In this document: positions 14,708 through 27,045 of the stretch, piece after piece | Layout of the letters: each line of letters starts with the position of its first letter | Position numbering within the stretch: position 1 is the first letter of the stretch | NCBI GenBank assembly: GCA_963693365.1 | Contig: CAVNZM010000008.1 | Span: 4,488,310-4,552,309 of the forward strand | Length of the DNA: 64,000 nt | Origin: Amoebidium appalachense | Lineage: Eukaryota > Protista > Ichthyosporea | Reading direction: 5' to 3' | Position numbers and translations under genes: made by a program | Notes under the pieces: generated by a model | Told to the model about the DNA's origin: nothing | What the model saw: the letters and a program-made list of their open reading frames with translations, nothing else | Databases searched by the model: none

Positions 14708-15362
14708 CCCCTCCCCACACATACAACCCCCGCAGACAGCCTCAAGTCCGAAATGATGCAGGCACTACAGGAGCAGAAACGAAGGCTGGAGGATGAACGA
14801 AACAGCAACGACCTGATGGTGAACCCCCTGGACCTGCCCAGGTCCAACCAGCGCAAACTAAGATACAGGCAGAACGAGTCCAAGAATGACGGAGGTGTGT
14901 ATGGGTGGTTGTGGGTGGGTAGATGAGTGGGTGGGGTTTTTTTTTTTTTTTTTTTTTTTGGGGGGGGGGGGGGGGGGGGAGGGGGGAGGGCAGGAGGGGG
15001 GAGGGAGGGCCTGGGGAGGGGGGAGGGAGAGAGTGGGGAAGGGGGAGGGGATGTTGGGGGACATGGAGATCGGGGTGAAAGTGGGAAAGGGGAAGGCGAG
15101 AGGGAGGGGGAAGGGGCATGGGGTATAGGGGGGGGGGGGGGGGGGGGGGGGGTTGGCCAGGATTGAAGCTGCATTTTTATCGTGCTATATGCATGGCTCG
15201 AGGGAATGGGTTGGTGTGGATGGGTGAGTTGCAACTCTTGTCGGGTGTGTCATGTGAGTGGCCCTGTTTTCATGCGGGGGGGCATTGTAAGTGAGGAACT
15301 TTTGTGTGAGGGGTGTTTTTTTTTTTTTTTTTTTTTTTTTTCCGTGTGTGTGTGTGTTTTGG

Positions 15363-15413
<51 letters not shown>

Positions 15414-15684
15414 AAATAGAAGACATACAGAATGTTTATATTTGAACGGGCTACGGTGGGGGAGGGGGGGGAGGGGGGGGGAGAGGGGGAGGAGAGGGGA
15501 GGGGGGAGGGGGGAGGAAGGGGGTGATGAAAAAGCAAACACAGACTTGAGTGTTTCCTATGTAGGTGGCAGCACAAAGAGGCGCAAGGTGGCGCCTGTGT
15601 GTGGGCCAGCCATTAAACACATACTGGATGAGGACCAGATAGTAAAGGACCTTAGCACCATACGACACGTGCCTTCAAAAAAGG
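11416..15684 (+). CDS. SDS3: Sin3-HDAC complex subunit, SDS3/BRMS1 family; exons 11416-11598, 12662-12757, 13805-13871, 14736-14894, 15565-15684; 3' exons unresolved (candidate ~16069-16140)
   Basis: Five GT-AG exons join in phase: acidic N-terminus, YEETLKRIEQEIAELQQ-ETHAEYLKKLAGLDQKRQ, KKEKQSAEQDL, LKSEMMQALQEQKRRLEDER, RKLRYR, KRRK...HILDEDQIVKDLSTI. This matches the Sds3-like domain pattern (TH.EY coiled coil; L.E..I..DL..I). Confidence 0.85.
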
Positions 15685-15800
15685 GTGCGTGCATGGTGTG
15701 TGTGTACGTGTGTGAATTGTTGTGGATGCACGTGTGTGCATGGTGTGTGAGGACGCGTGTGCATGGTGTGTGAGGACGTGTGTGCATGGTGTGTGTGTAC

Positions 15801-15935
15801 GTGTGTGGAGATAAACGGGTGTCCATGTGCTTGTATGTGTGTGCATGCTGTTTGTGTGTGTATGTGTGTGGAGATAAACGGGTGTCCATGTACTTGTATG
15901 TGTGTGCATGCTGTTTGTGTGTGTATGTGTGTCGA
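15801..15935. repeat. 63-bp minisatellite (2 full copies plus a partial) in an SDS3 intron
   Basis: GTGTGTGGAGATAAACGGGTGTCCATGT..TTGTATGTGTGTGCATGCTGTTTGTGTGTGTAT occurs at 15801 and 15864. Confidence 0.85.
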
Positions 15936-16152
15936 GATGCACGTGTGTTCATGCATGCCCACATTGTGCACGTGTAAGCGCAACAGGGTTTTGAGATGCA
16001 GGCATACATAGGCACATACAGACACGTGCAGCTGAAGATATGTACATGCACGATTATACACGTTCAGGCACACACGCCCACTGTGCTCACCGGGCGAGTG
16101 GGTCAGTGGAGCACACACGCATACAGGCACGGCACACAGGTGCTCTAGTTTG

Positions 16153-16219
<67 letters not shown>

Positions 16220-16298
16220 TTGGGGCAGTATCCGGTCCGACTATACATATCAGGCTTGATGAAGTCAAACCCCATCAACACTTATCCCCCCTCCCCCC

Positions 16299-16329
<31 letters not shown>

Positions 16330-16473
16330 TTACACGCACACACACAGTTAATGACTCTAAACAAGTAGATATTGGCTGCCTTTGTGTTGCGTTCGTGATC
16401 TCTCCAAATGTCTTTGCTATTATAGTTTCGCCCACGCGTGCAGACATCAGTCTCCCTTTGCCTCCCTTCCCCC

Positions 16474-16650
16474 CTGAGTTGGGTTTCGTTAACGAGGTGA
16501 ATAGGTCGAAACTCGGGTACTGTGGATGACGTGGGCCCCCCCTGAGGATGGGCTCTGCTCATTATGCATACTCTTTATGTATGGCTTGCATTCTGCATCG
16601 TGTTATCCGTTTGTTCTTGTGTACTTCGTACTTTTTGACGCATTCAAACT
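16474..16650 (+). mobile_element. Non-coding interspersed repeat, copy 1, followed by poly-C
   Basis: CTGAGTTGGGTTTCGTTAACGAGG...TTTTTGACGCATTCAAACT then a C-tract; near-identical to the reverse complement of 18655-18829 and 26397-26530. Confidence 0.85.
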
Positions 16651-18088
16651 CCCCCCCCCCCCCTCCCCCCGCGTCCCTCCCCCCGTCGCCGCCGCGCGGG
16701 AAACCTTCAACGTCCAACACGCACATGCACGCACACACGCACACACACACACACACACAAGCAAAAACATGCACACACATGGCGTGTGCAGACAATGTCC
16801 ATGTTATACCACAAGGGTGCATACCTCTCTCATTTGGACCGCCGCCACCCATGTTTGATTTCAGAAACCGCTTTCTGCCTCTGCTTCTTGTGGTATCCAG
16901 TCGTAACCATGCAGCATACGAAACCGTTGACACTGACTCCACTCTTTCCTATGACAGGTTCATCGAGCCATCGACGGAGGTAGAACCTGTTTCTTTCCTT
17001 TGTTCTCGTTCTTCGTTCTTCTTTTTTTGCCGTGTTTTCGGCACCCTTTCATCATTCTCCAAGGGAGCGTGGCGGCTAGAAACGAGCACGTAGGGGCTCC
17101 CGTACGGGCCAGTCAGCAACAGAACACGCACTTGATGTTCTTTAGAAACCAAATGTAGTTGATATCCCTGTGCGTGTGTGCTGATGAACGAACGAAAGAA
17201 ACCGGCAGATGAGCAAATGTGTCAAGTTTGAAATGATTCTTCTTTGGGCCATCTAAAAAGATGTGTTGTTATATTGCCGGATATCAACATTGAACTTGTG
17301 TATTGAAGCTGCAACGTGAAACTTTGTTGGGAAGTTTTACGATGTTGTCGGCAATGTACCAATGAGTGAGTGACTTTACGGCTACATCGGGCTGCAGGAT
17401 TGCGGACACTATTCATGGAGTAAGAAGGAGAAAGGTGCGCCTCATACATATATGTATATATGTAGATATATATATATATATATATATATATACACCGTCT
17501 GATTATGGATTTATGGACAGAGTAGTCTGATAGATATGCCTTTTGTATGCACACGCGACGTCCCCAGCCTTTGGCCCTTCAACAATTATTAAAGACGCAA
17601 CAACTATCAACATACACTCAGTTTAAAAGAGAGACACAGAGACCTTTTTGTTTTTGTAGGAGGACAGCAGGTTACCAACAAGGGCTCTGAGCTTAGAAGG
17701 GTGGACTTTCGAGTTGAAAACGTAACATGGGGGTCTCGGAGCAATCCTCCCTCGTCCTTCATTTTTCTCCTTTTTTTTTTTTTTTTTTTTTTTTTTTTGT
17801 TCCCTGTGTTTGTGTGTGTGTGGGGGGGGTGGGGCGGGGGGGTGTCCGTGGTCGTTTTACTGTAATGACATGTATCTTTTCAATTTTCTTGAAATTTTAA
17901 TACACATTAGTGTGAGGACTAGAGGGTTTGTTGACTTTATTGCCAGGCATATGGAACGAATGAAACATGCAATAAACTTGCAAACTTGCAGTAATTATTA
18001 TCCTGCTCGTGAAAATCCAATTCCGATACTGTCGTTCGGTTTCTACTCACGTTTTTGTGTTGATCACGGTCTGCATCGGGGGGAGGAA

Positions 18089-18137
<49 letters not shown>

Positions 18138-18613
18138 AAAATGGGTGTGTAAACATGGAATCCCTATTATCCCCCTCTGAATCAACCTTAACCGATGATC
18201 ATCATTCCCCCCCCCCCCCCCCCCTCCCCACCCACCCACACACACACACCACCCCCTTCCTTTTTCTCCTTTCTTTTTTTCTCCTCCTCCTCCTCCTCCT
18301 TTTTATCTTTTCTTTTCTTTTCTCCTTTCTTTTCCTTTTTTTTTTTTTTTTTTTTTTGGTGGTGGTGGGGGGGGGGGGGGGGGGGGGTTCCGTGGTCGTT
18401 TTACTGTAATGACTTTGTTTGTTACCCAAGTTTATTCGGTGACCTAAATATTGTTTTGGGCAATTGGCCGTCCGGAAGTTACTGAATGATAATATCGTAG
18501 CTGAATACTTTAACAGTGATCGATGAGTATGTGATGACTGGGTACCTATGTTTTTTTTTGTAGTACTAGGTGCTTCAAGGGCTTTCAAAACTCCGAACTG
18601 CATCATAAATAGG

Positions 18614-18654
<41 letters not shown>

Positions 18655-18656
<2 letters not shown>

Positions 18657-19312
18657 TGAATGCGTCAAAAAGTACGAAGTACACAAGAACAAACGGATAA
18701 CACGATGCAGAATGCAAGCCATACATAAAGAGTATGCATAATAAGCAGAGCCCATCCTCAGGGGGGGCCCACGTCATCCACAGTACCCGAGTTTCGACCT
18801 ATTCCCCTCGTTAACGAAACCCAACTCAGATACTGTTTCACTTGAACATGAGTAGGTCACCCGTCTTGATCAGAGACGAGCAGGGTTGCTTATGCAGGCA
18901 AGGGCAGTGGGAAAGGCCGGGGGTTAAAGTTGCAGCAGTAAGCAGAAGCAAGAAAAATATAGATAGGAACTCAGGAGACGGGGCTTCTAGGAAGCTCCCC
19001 CGTCGATACCTAAGTCGATACTTCCCTGGCTAACATACTACACCAGCTGAAAAGAATTAAGTCCCGAAGGCCACAGAATTCGTAATCAGAGGGGAAAATA
19101 TGAGATTTGACCCACGCCGCAGGGTAGTAACACGCTTACTAGGGCGGAACTTTATCGTCTTCGAACGGAAAGCTATGCCCCCGGATGTCAGCCGGAAATA
19201 TGGTATCACCCATTGCTTTGGGCTTGAAAAAAGCCAAACCGATAGTCCGAGTTATGTTACGCCGGCGGGTAACATGCCGCATGGGTTCCAAGGGAGCTGT
19301 CGCCAACAGAGC
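18655..19312 (-). mobile_element. Non-coding interspersed repeat, copy 2 (probably the longest; shared part 18655-18829, 5' extent uncertain), ending in a ~39-nt poly-C
   Basis: Same 3' end as the other copies (...GCATTCAAA(C)n) against the G-tract at 18616-18654. Unique hairpin-rich sequence continues to ~19312, where microsatellite resumes. Confidence 0.7.
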
Positions 19313-19455
19313 GGTGTGTGCATGCGTGCGCGTAACGCAATGTGTGAAGTGTGTCTATAGCTATGAAAGGGGGTATGCAGAAGTGGACAGATGAAGTGTG
19401 TGGAGAGAAAAACAGTAAGAAGAAAAGTAGACACCGGTATGTGCAACCCCGCACA

Positions 19456-19490
<35 letters not shown>

Positions 19491-19587
19491 AATAAGCGAA
19501 GATTACAGGTAATCAACCAGAACAACAAATGACAAGCAAAACAACAGGCGCCAAAAAAAAAAAAAAAAAAAAAAAAAAAAGGAGGAA

Positions 19588-19680
<93 letters not shown>

Positions 19681-20191
19681 GGAGAGAGGGAGAGAGAGAG
19701 AGAGAGAGAGAAGGGGGGGGGGGGGGGGGGGGGGGGAGGGGAGGGGAGGGGGGGAGGGGGGTCTTAGGGATGCTGCAGAATCGTCAGATATTAGACAAAT
19801 CGTACCAATACGATCATTCTCTCATATATGTGAGAAGATTGTGACTAACGATGTGCAGATCTGGTTAAGACCTGTTGGGTGTGCAGAGAAAATGGGAGGG
19901 GAAGGAGGAGGGAAAGGGGGAGGGGGGGGGGGGGGAAGTAAGAGAGGGGAGGGAATGTTAGAGTGTCAGTAGTCTCAGGGGACCCTGCAGAGTCGTTAGA
20001 TGTCAGACAAAAACGCACCAACGACCAAGTTCTCCGAGGGGAGAAATGCGTAAAACGTTCTGCAGAGTGGGTTAGAGACCTGCTGATGAGAAGAGTGTAT
20101 GCAGGGTTTGGCCAGGGGGGGGGGGGGGGGGGGAAGGGGGGGGGAAAAAGAAGGTAGGAGGGGAAGGGGGGGGGGGGGGGGAGGAGAGGGG

Positions 20192-20259
<68 letters not shown>

Positions 20260-20285
20260 AGGGAGGGGAGGGAGGGAGGGGGAAG

Positions 20286-20322
<37 letters not shown>

Positions 20323-20715
20323 CTGTGGTGGACAGATCAGAGACGAGACCTCCATTTCAAAACTTACCAGGCAACCCAAAAAACCTAGCCGGCTGAGAAA
20401 GAAGAACGGCGGGGGAATTGTTTGGGAAAAGGAGCGGGGGGAGAGAGAGAGGGGGGGGGGGGGGGGGGGGAGGGGAAGGGGGGGGGAGAGGGGGAGAGAG
20501 GGGGAGAGGGAGAGAGAGAGAGAGGGAGGGAGAGAACGAGAGAGAACGAAAGAGAGCGAGAGAGGGAGACAGAGAGAGAGAGAGGGAGGGAGAGAGAGGG
20601 AGAGGGAGAGAGAGAGGGAGAGGGAGAGAGAGAGGGAGAGAGAGAGGGAGGGGGGGGGAGGGGGGGGGGGGAGGTGTAGGGGCTGGTAGGGGGGAGGGGG
20701 GGGGGGGGGGGGGGG

Positions 20716-22824
20716 ACCGGGATAGAGTGGGGGACTAGGGAGTGTTGATCTTTTTAGTGATGATGGAGAGTATGTGAGAGGAGTGAACGCCACGGTATAT
20801 GTGCGGGTGTGTGGCGAGAAAGCTGTGCGTTTTGTGGTGCAAGAGTCTAAACGAGTAGCCTTTGTTAAGCAATGTTTTAGCAAGTCGTGCAGTGCATGTG
20901 GTGAATGCAGCAAGTGTGGAGCATTTGCGCTGGTAGCTATGCATTTGACTTGTCATGATGCCGTATTTTGCAGTGCGGGAGATGAATGAGTCGTGATGTG
21001 GGAAACGAACGATGTCTAGTGTATTGAACGTGGGTGTGTCGAGCTTGTTGTAGATGGTTGTGTGAATGCCGTGATTAGTGCAGGTGATATGCAAGTCGAG
21101 GTAGGGGACAGAGGGGGAGGAACCGGCAGGGTTGAGTTGAAGGCTGGTCTTGGGATATAGACCGAAATCACAATCTTCTAAATAGAGGTGGGAGAGAATG
21201 CGAGGATTATGAAGGGAGATCAAATCATCTATGTAGCGGCGAGTAAACTGAAAATCTACCAAGACATCAATGCGTTCGTGTGCAATAAGCTTGCGAACAA
21301 AATCCAACTCATAAGTAAAGAGATAGAAATTAGCCAAGAAAACAGCACAGTTTGTACCCATGGGGATACCAATGTCCTGTTTGTAGAGGGTATTGCCAAA
21401 CACAACATATATGTTATCTACGAGGAAACATAGAAAATCCACAAGCTGTGCCTTAGAGAGATGTAGAGAGTGTTCTTTAGGCTCAAAGGAATCATCCTGG
21501 GAATCATCATCTACACGATCCACCCAGGACAACGTGGAGCCGGTTTTCTTAATAAACATGTGTGGTTTGCGAGCGTCCGTGCATTTTTTGACAAATATTG
21601 CGTCAATCAGTGTAGTGAGGCGAGCTTTCAAATCATGCAAGTCAATCTTGGTGTAGAGTGTGGAAAAATCAAACACAGACACGGGCGTATTTTCGTGTTG
21701 GCGTGTGGTACGGTTAAGGGCGTTGATTGTGTGTGTGAGTGCGGTGCTATCCGTGAGAATCCAAGAGCTAGTGTTGTGTGGCAGGTGGGGTTTGACAACA
21801 TCACACCACATACGTTCGACATCAGGGGAGACGAACTTAAACACACTAGTGAGAAGGCGGGAGAGAGGTTCAAGTGATGTGGCAGAGGAGTTGGCAATGA
21901 AACGGAAGGTGGGTGGTGTTTTGTGCATTTTAACTATGGCCTGAAATGTGGGCAAGCGTGCAGTGCGACGTCCTGGTGTGCCTTTTATGTCATGTGTTTT
22001 GAGAAATGCAAGGTGTTGTGCAACAATGTCTTTTGGTGCAGTGTTGCAGACGGTGTATGTTGCGGCAGGTGCATGCAGTTCGGCTGTAATGCTGCTAACG
22101 TAGTGTTTTTTGCAGACGATCACGAACGTGTTGCTAGCTTTATCCATTGTGGTGACTACGAAACGTTTTTGGAAGCGACGCAGTAGAAGCACAGAAGCTT
22201 GTGGTACGGTGTGTGTGTTGGGTGCGTGTTGTGCATATGGCAGGAAGGGGCGACACTTAGTAAAGACGGCGGCTGCCCACGGATTCAAAGAGGGATAAGC
22301 TGCCATACCAAGATCGTACATCTTGTTACAGAAACTTTGCAACGCCTGTGTCAATAAATTGCTACAGGTGGTGTCCTCCGTCTGCTCGACCTGCATTCGG
22401 AACTTGGTTCCAAAATGCATGAGCGATGCAAAGTCTGCGGGCAGGCCGGGAATGTCTAAGCGCGATGTAAGCACGTGTCCGTGTTGTGGGTGTACGTATG
22501 GCGCATAGTGCGGGTCGTTGCAAGGGCAGGGTTGTGCATGGATGTTTGCTATGGTGTCCTGCGGGAGTCGTGCGGTGTGTTTGCAGTTGATAGTGGTGTA
22601 GCCCAGGGTAGACACATATTTCCACACAGCAGAGATACGGAATTTACGCATTTCAAGCGGCAGGAGAGCATGTATTTCTTTGTCTTTGATGATGCGTTGC
22701 AAAGGGATTCTATCGAGCCCGGAGTTATGAAACACAGACACCAACATCACATGGGGTTGCGACATGTCAACACGTTCAAGTTCAAAACGACTACGTAATT
22801 CACGTTTGAGGCACGCAGCAATCT
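20716..22824 (-). mobile_element. 5'-truncated Penelope-like retroelement (Naiad/Chlamys-like, CxC linker plus RT), embedded in a (G)n/(C)n tract
   Basis: The uninterrupted frame 20735..22765 stays open upstream (QIAACLKRELRSRFELERVD-M) to the G-tract at 22825-22837. Motifs: PCPC...HGHV, MDKA, KMHKTP..FRFI, FDFSTLYT, GIPMGTNCA..LAN, RRYIDDL, VPYLDL, IYNK. No C-terminal GIY-YIG; the stop is followed by ~19 nt and then poly-C. Confidence 0.88.
20735..22824 (-). CDS. Penelope-like reverse transcriptase, N-terminally truncated (676 aa from the first Met)
   Basis: RT motifs A, B', C and E are intact with no stops; the spacer between motifs A and B' is long. Confidence 0.88.
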
Positions 22825-22992
22825 GGGGGGGGGGGGGTTCCTTTTACACCAGGTTATACAAGTGTTTCTTTTCATTCTGCACGACTTTTTTACTGCAGAC
22901 CAAACGGGGCTTCTCTCTTGGTCAGTTTAGAAACCTCCACTCCACATAACCTAACTACTCAGTATAGATAATTGTTAGAACGTCTGACTCAC

Positions 22993-23096
22993 CTTATACA
23001 CTGTTGCATGTATCTTAAACTAAAAACCGCCCAAACCGCACATTCGGCCTGATCCCCCCCCCCCCCCCCCCCCCCCCCCCTCCCGGCGCCAAAAAA

Positions 23097-23145
<49 letters not shown>

Positions 23146-24165
23146 ACCAAACAAAAACAATAACAAGCCTTGATGATGATAATGATGATGATGATAATAA
23201 CAATAATAACAGTAAAAAAAATAGTAATAATAATAATAATAATAATAATCAACAAACATACACATACATACACAACCACCAACACCACGACCTCGGCAGC
23301 AGTGCCGTTCCCCCTACGAACTTTTCTTCACCAGAATTCGAGACGAGCACTTCGTCGTTTGTAAATCTTGTACGCTTTGCCCCTGGCGTTTTAGCCAAAG
23401 TAAAAAACCCAGCATAGTATAGTTGGAAAACACCTGTACTTTATTAAGAGAAACCTATTTCAAAAACACCTATCTTGAGTTATCGGTGAGATCATACTTA
23501 CTAGATGTACCACCCGATTGCATGTTCGTCCGTTCAATAAAAACCGTGGTATTCATGCGCTCCCCTATCATTGAAACACTTAAAGAAATAACAACAGCAT
23601 ACACCTGGAAAAGAATATCGTGACCACGTAACCACCTCCTATGTCCTGAAAGAAAAAGTTAAAACAGCTAATGAAGGAAAGACCAAACGGGGTAAAATAT
23701 TAGTCAATATGTTGTGCTCCCTACTAGCTATATATAGAACACCTCATGTAATGGGGCACATAAAACCGATGCCAAGTCATATACATGAGAAAAAACCTCA
23801 GCCTGAGGCTGGATAAAGAAAAAGGCATGAAAACAAAAGCCTTTGGCAAAGAACCCCCCCCCCCCCCCCCCCTCCTCCCTCCTTCCACCCACCCCTCTTC
23901 CCCACCTTAACCCTTATATTAAAAAAAAAAAAAAAAAAGGAAAATGGATAATGAAAAATAAGAGATCTAAGATCACCCACCACAAGCACTCTACCTGTTC
24001 AGGCTTGCTTGATCCCTGGTAACCGCATTTGGTAACACACGGGATGATTTCATTGGCCGACTCACAGGGCCGAGAACCGGGTCCAGCCGATCACCCCACT
24101 CTCTGCACAAGAGCAATTGGAATTGGGGAGGATTAGTGGTGGATTGGAACGTTCAAACCATAGGG
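22993..24165 (-). other. Possible cluster of small coding exons of an unresolved minus-strand gene (or the 3' part of the F-box/LRR gene)
   Basis: Short open segments with AG/GT borders, e.g. FKIHATVYK|gtgagt (~22993-23019), GVFQLYYAGFFTLAKTPGAKRTRF... (~23292-23433), ...QSGGTS|gtaagt (~23501), ...|gtgagt (~24066). No recognisable domain. Confidence 0.3.
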
Positions 24166-24324
24166 CTGATAGATTAGAGAGCAGATAAAATGAAAGACAA
24201 GAAAGGAAGCTGTGAGCACAAAAACGAGACAGTACAGAAACGAAGACAAAAGTGCAGGAGGAAAACAGTCCACTGCCCACAATCAGGGGATTTTCATTCT
24301 TTTCATGCTCGCTCCCGCTTCTCC

Positions 24325-24361
<37 letters not shown>

Positions 24362-24470
24362 CTCCGTCCTTCTCTTGCTCTTCCCCTCCCTCCATCCCTC
24401 TCTTGCTCTTCCCCAGCCTCCCCCCTTCTCTTGTTCTTCTTTCTCTCTCTCTCTTGTTTTGAGGGTGTAT

Positions 24471-24501
<31 letters not shown>

Positions 24502-25206
24502 GGGAGGGGGGGGAGAGGAGAGGGAGGGGGTGGAGAGAGGGGAGGAGGGGGGGGGGGGGGGGGGAGAGGGGGGATGGGAGAGTAAGCAGTGAGTGAGAGG
24601 ATATGGGGAAGATCAGGTGATTGGATACACATTACTAATGCGGAGAGGTGCAATGAAACAGAGAACGAAACAGGCAGCAGCCTGGTCTTATGGACAGTCA
24701 GCGGAAGGGCATGTGGTCGTGCACGAGTGGTTGGTGTAGGGCTGTGTGTGTCTGGTTGTGTGTGGACGGGAGGGAGAGAGAGAGACCAAGTGAGGAAGGG
24801 AATGAGCGGGGCAAGCTACGGCGCAAGGAGGAGGACGGGGAGGGGGGGAAGGGGGGGGGGGGGGGGGGGGGGGAGGGCGAGAGAGAGAGGGAGGGTGGGG
24901 GGGCAGGAGGAAAGGAGGGAGGGAGAGAGAGGGTGTGTGTTTGAGATAGGACGGGGGTGAGGGAGCAAGGCAGAGAGGAAGGGACGGGGGGGGGGGGAGA
25001 GGGGGGAGAGGAGGGGAAGGAGGGAGATCTGGAGGGAGGGAGGGAGGGAGGGAGGGAAAGGGTAGGAGGGAGGGAGCAGGAGGGGGAGGAGTGGGGGGGG
25101 GGGGCTGGCGAGAGAGGGGGACTACTCACCCTAGTCACTAACTTTTCTTGAGGGGTTGCGAAAGAGAAGGGGGGGGGGGGGGGGGGGGGGGGGGGTGAAA
25201 GTTTAC

Positions 25207-26530
25207 CTCTTTAATTGCAGACTTGAGTTTTTTGCCCCCTGGCACGTCACGCGACACAACCACCTCTTCCAAATATGGGCACGACACCAACACTGAGACG
25301 TTTGCGTTGATGTCCTCCAGACGAACTTTGTGCAAATTCGGGTGCGACGCCAAGCACGAGACATCGGTCACTCCCTCTAGTTGCATAAGCGAGAGGTCGG
25401 ACAGAAGGGGGCAAAGGGATATGGGGGTTATGTCCGTTAGAGATCCCATTTCAATCAGGCTGACAGTTTCGAGTGCCCGGCAGTGTCCGAGGGGGGATAT
25501 GTCTTTAAGCCGGATGAGATAACTCAGCATAATATCAACGAGATATACACATGACGAGAGGGCGGAAATGTCACTCAGCATATCCAACTCTGAAAGGAAG
25601 ATTGTTGTGAGTACGTTGGGGGTGGTGGGGATGGGTCCGAGTGAGGAGACATCAAAAAAATGTTCGATTGTCAGAGAATTTAGGTGTGGGTGATTGACCA
25701 ATGAGAAATGCCCGTTAAGATGGAAACCCTCGTGGTCATCAGAGTCTGGCGCTCCCAGCTGCAGCTCTCTGAGCTCATGCAGATCGGGTAGAACCTGCGA
25801 TTGAATTTTTTTGTGGTTGGGTGGGTGTTTTCAGATGTGTGTGTTTGTACGCAGGGGCGGGGAGGGGGGAGGGAGAGGAGGATGCATGGGTGGGTGCATG
25901 GGTGAGTGGGTCCGGGGAGAAGGGACAAGGGTGGGTGGGTGGGTGGGTGGGTGGGGGGGGGGGGGGGGGGGGGGGGATGGGATGGGAAATTGCTGTTGGG
26001 GAGCAATCAGGTCGGTTATGAAACGTAGATGTGTGAGACCGGAGTACACATGCATGCGTGTGTGCATGTGTGCCCTAGTGTGCCGAAGTACATGTGTGAG
26101 TGTGAACGAAAGGGCACGAGAAAGGCAGCATAGGGGGGGGGGGGAGGAGAACTGGGGAGGGGGGGTGAAGCAGAGAAGGAGGGAGGTGGGAAGAGCATCG
26201 TGGAGGACACAGAGGTACGAAGGGCCGGGGGTGGGGGGTGGGGGGAGGGGGTGGGGTGGGGTGGGGGGGGGGGGGGGGGATAGTGGAATGTGTTACAGAG
26301 CGCGACGGACAAAACAAAATAGAGTAAGGATCATAAAAGCCCATCCCGAAAAAAAAAAGGAGAGGGAGGGGGAGAGCCGGGGGGGGGGGGGGGGGGTTTG
26401 AATGCGTCAAAGAGTACGAAGTACACAAGAACAAACGGATAACACGATGCAGAATGCAAGCCATACATAAAGAGTATGCATAATAAGCAGAGCCCATCCT
26501 CAGGGGGGGCCCACGTCATCCACAGTACCC

Positions 26531-26571
<41 letters not shown>

Positions 26572-27003
26572 AAACCCACACAAAAGGCCGTGGAAAGCCG
26601 AACAGTCAAGGCTGAAACAGTAAAGAGAGAGGGACGGGGAGAGGGGAGAGGGGAGAGGGGGGGGGGGGGGGGGGGGGGGAGGAAGGGGAGGGGGGGGGGG
26701 AGAGAGAGAGAGAGAGGGGGGGGGGGGGGGGGGTTAAACTTCACAGAGGACACACACACAAACACAAAAGAATAGATCTCGAAAGACAAGGGAAAGCACA
26801 AGTGTTCAGGCAGGTGCATGAGCCGGACTATCATCAGAAAATGTTCGTGTCCATTCTTTAGCATTAAGCGGGTGGGGGGGGGGGGGGGGGGGGGGGAGGA
26901 AGATAATCTAGAAAGTTAAAAAATTAAACAAAAAAATGGGCAAGTTGAGGGAAGTGGGAAAGAGGTGCGCTTCAACAGAGTGTGAGGGAACGCGACCATT
27001 AAG

Positions 27004-27045
<42 letters not shown>

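Noticed and set aside
16474-16560. Hammerhead ribozyme in the poly-C-ended repeat (GAAAC...GTA and CTGAGGA are present)
   Set aside because: The order would be type II, but stems I and II cannot be formed from the adjacent bases.
16780-17440. Possible coding remnants on the minus strand (e.g. MVSKEHQVRVLLLTGPYGSPY)
   Set aside because: Short, interrupted by stops, with no recognisable domain or consistent splice phases.
20735-22824. Selenoprotein-type Naiad, or telomerase RT
   Set aside because: No in-frame TGA in the retained ORF. It lacks recognisable TERT T/CP motifs and introns, and shows PLE-type motifs and 5' truncation.
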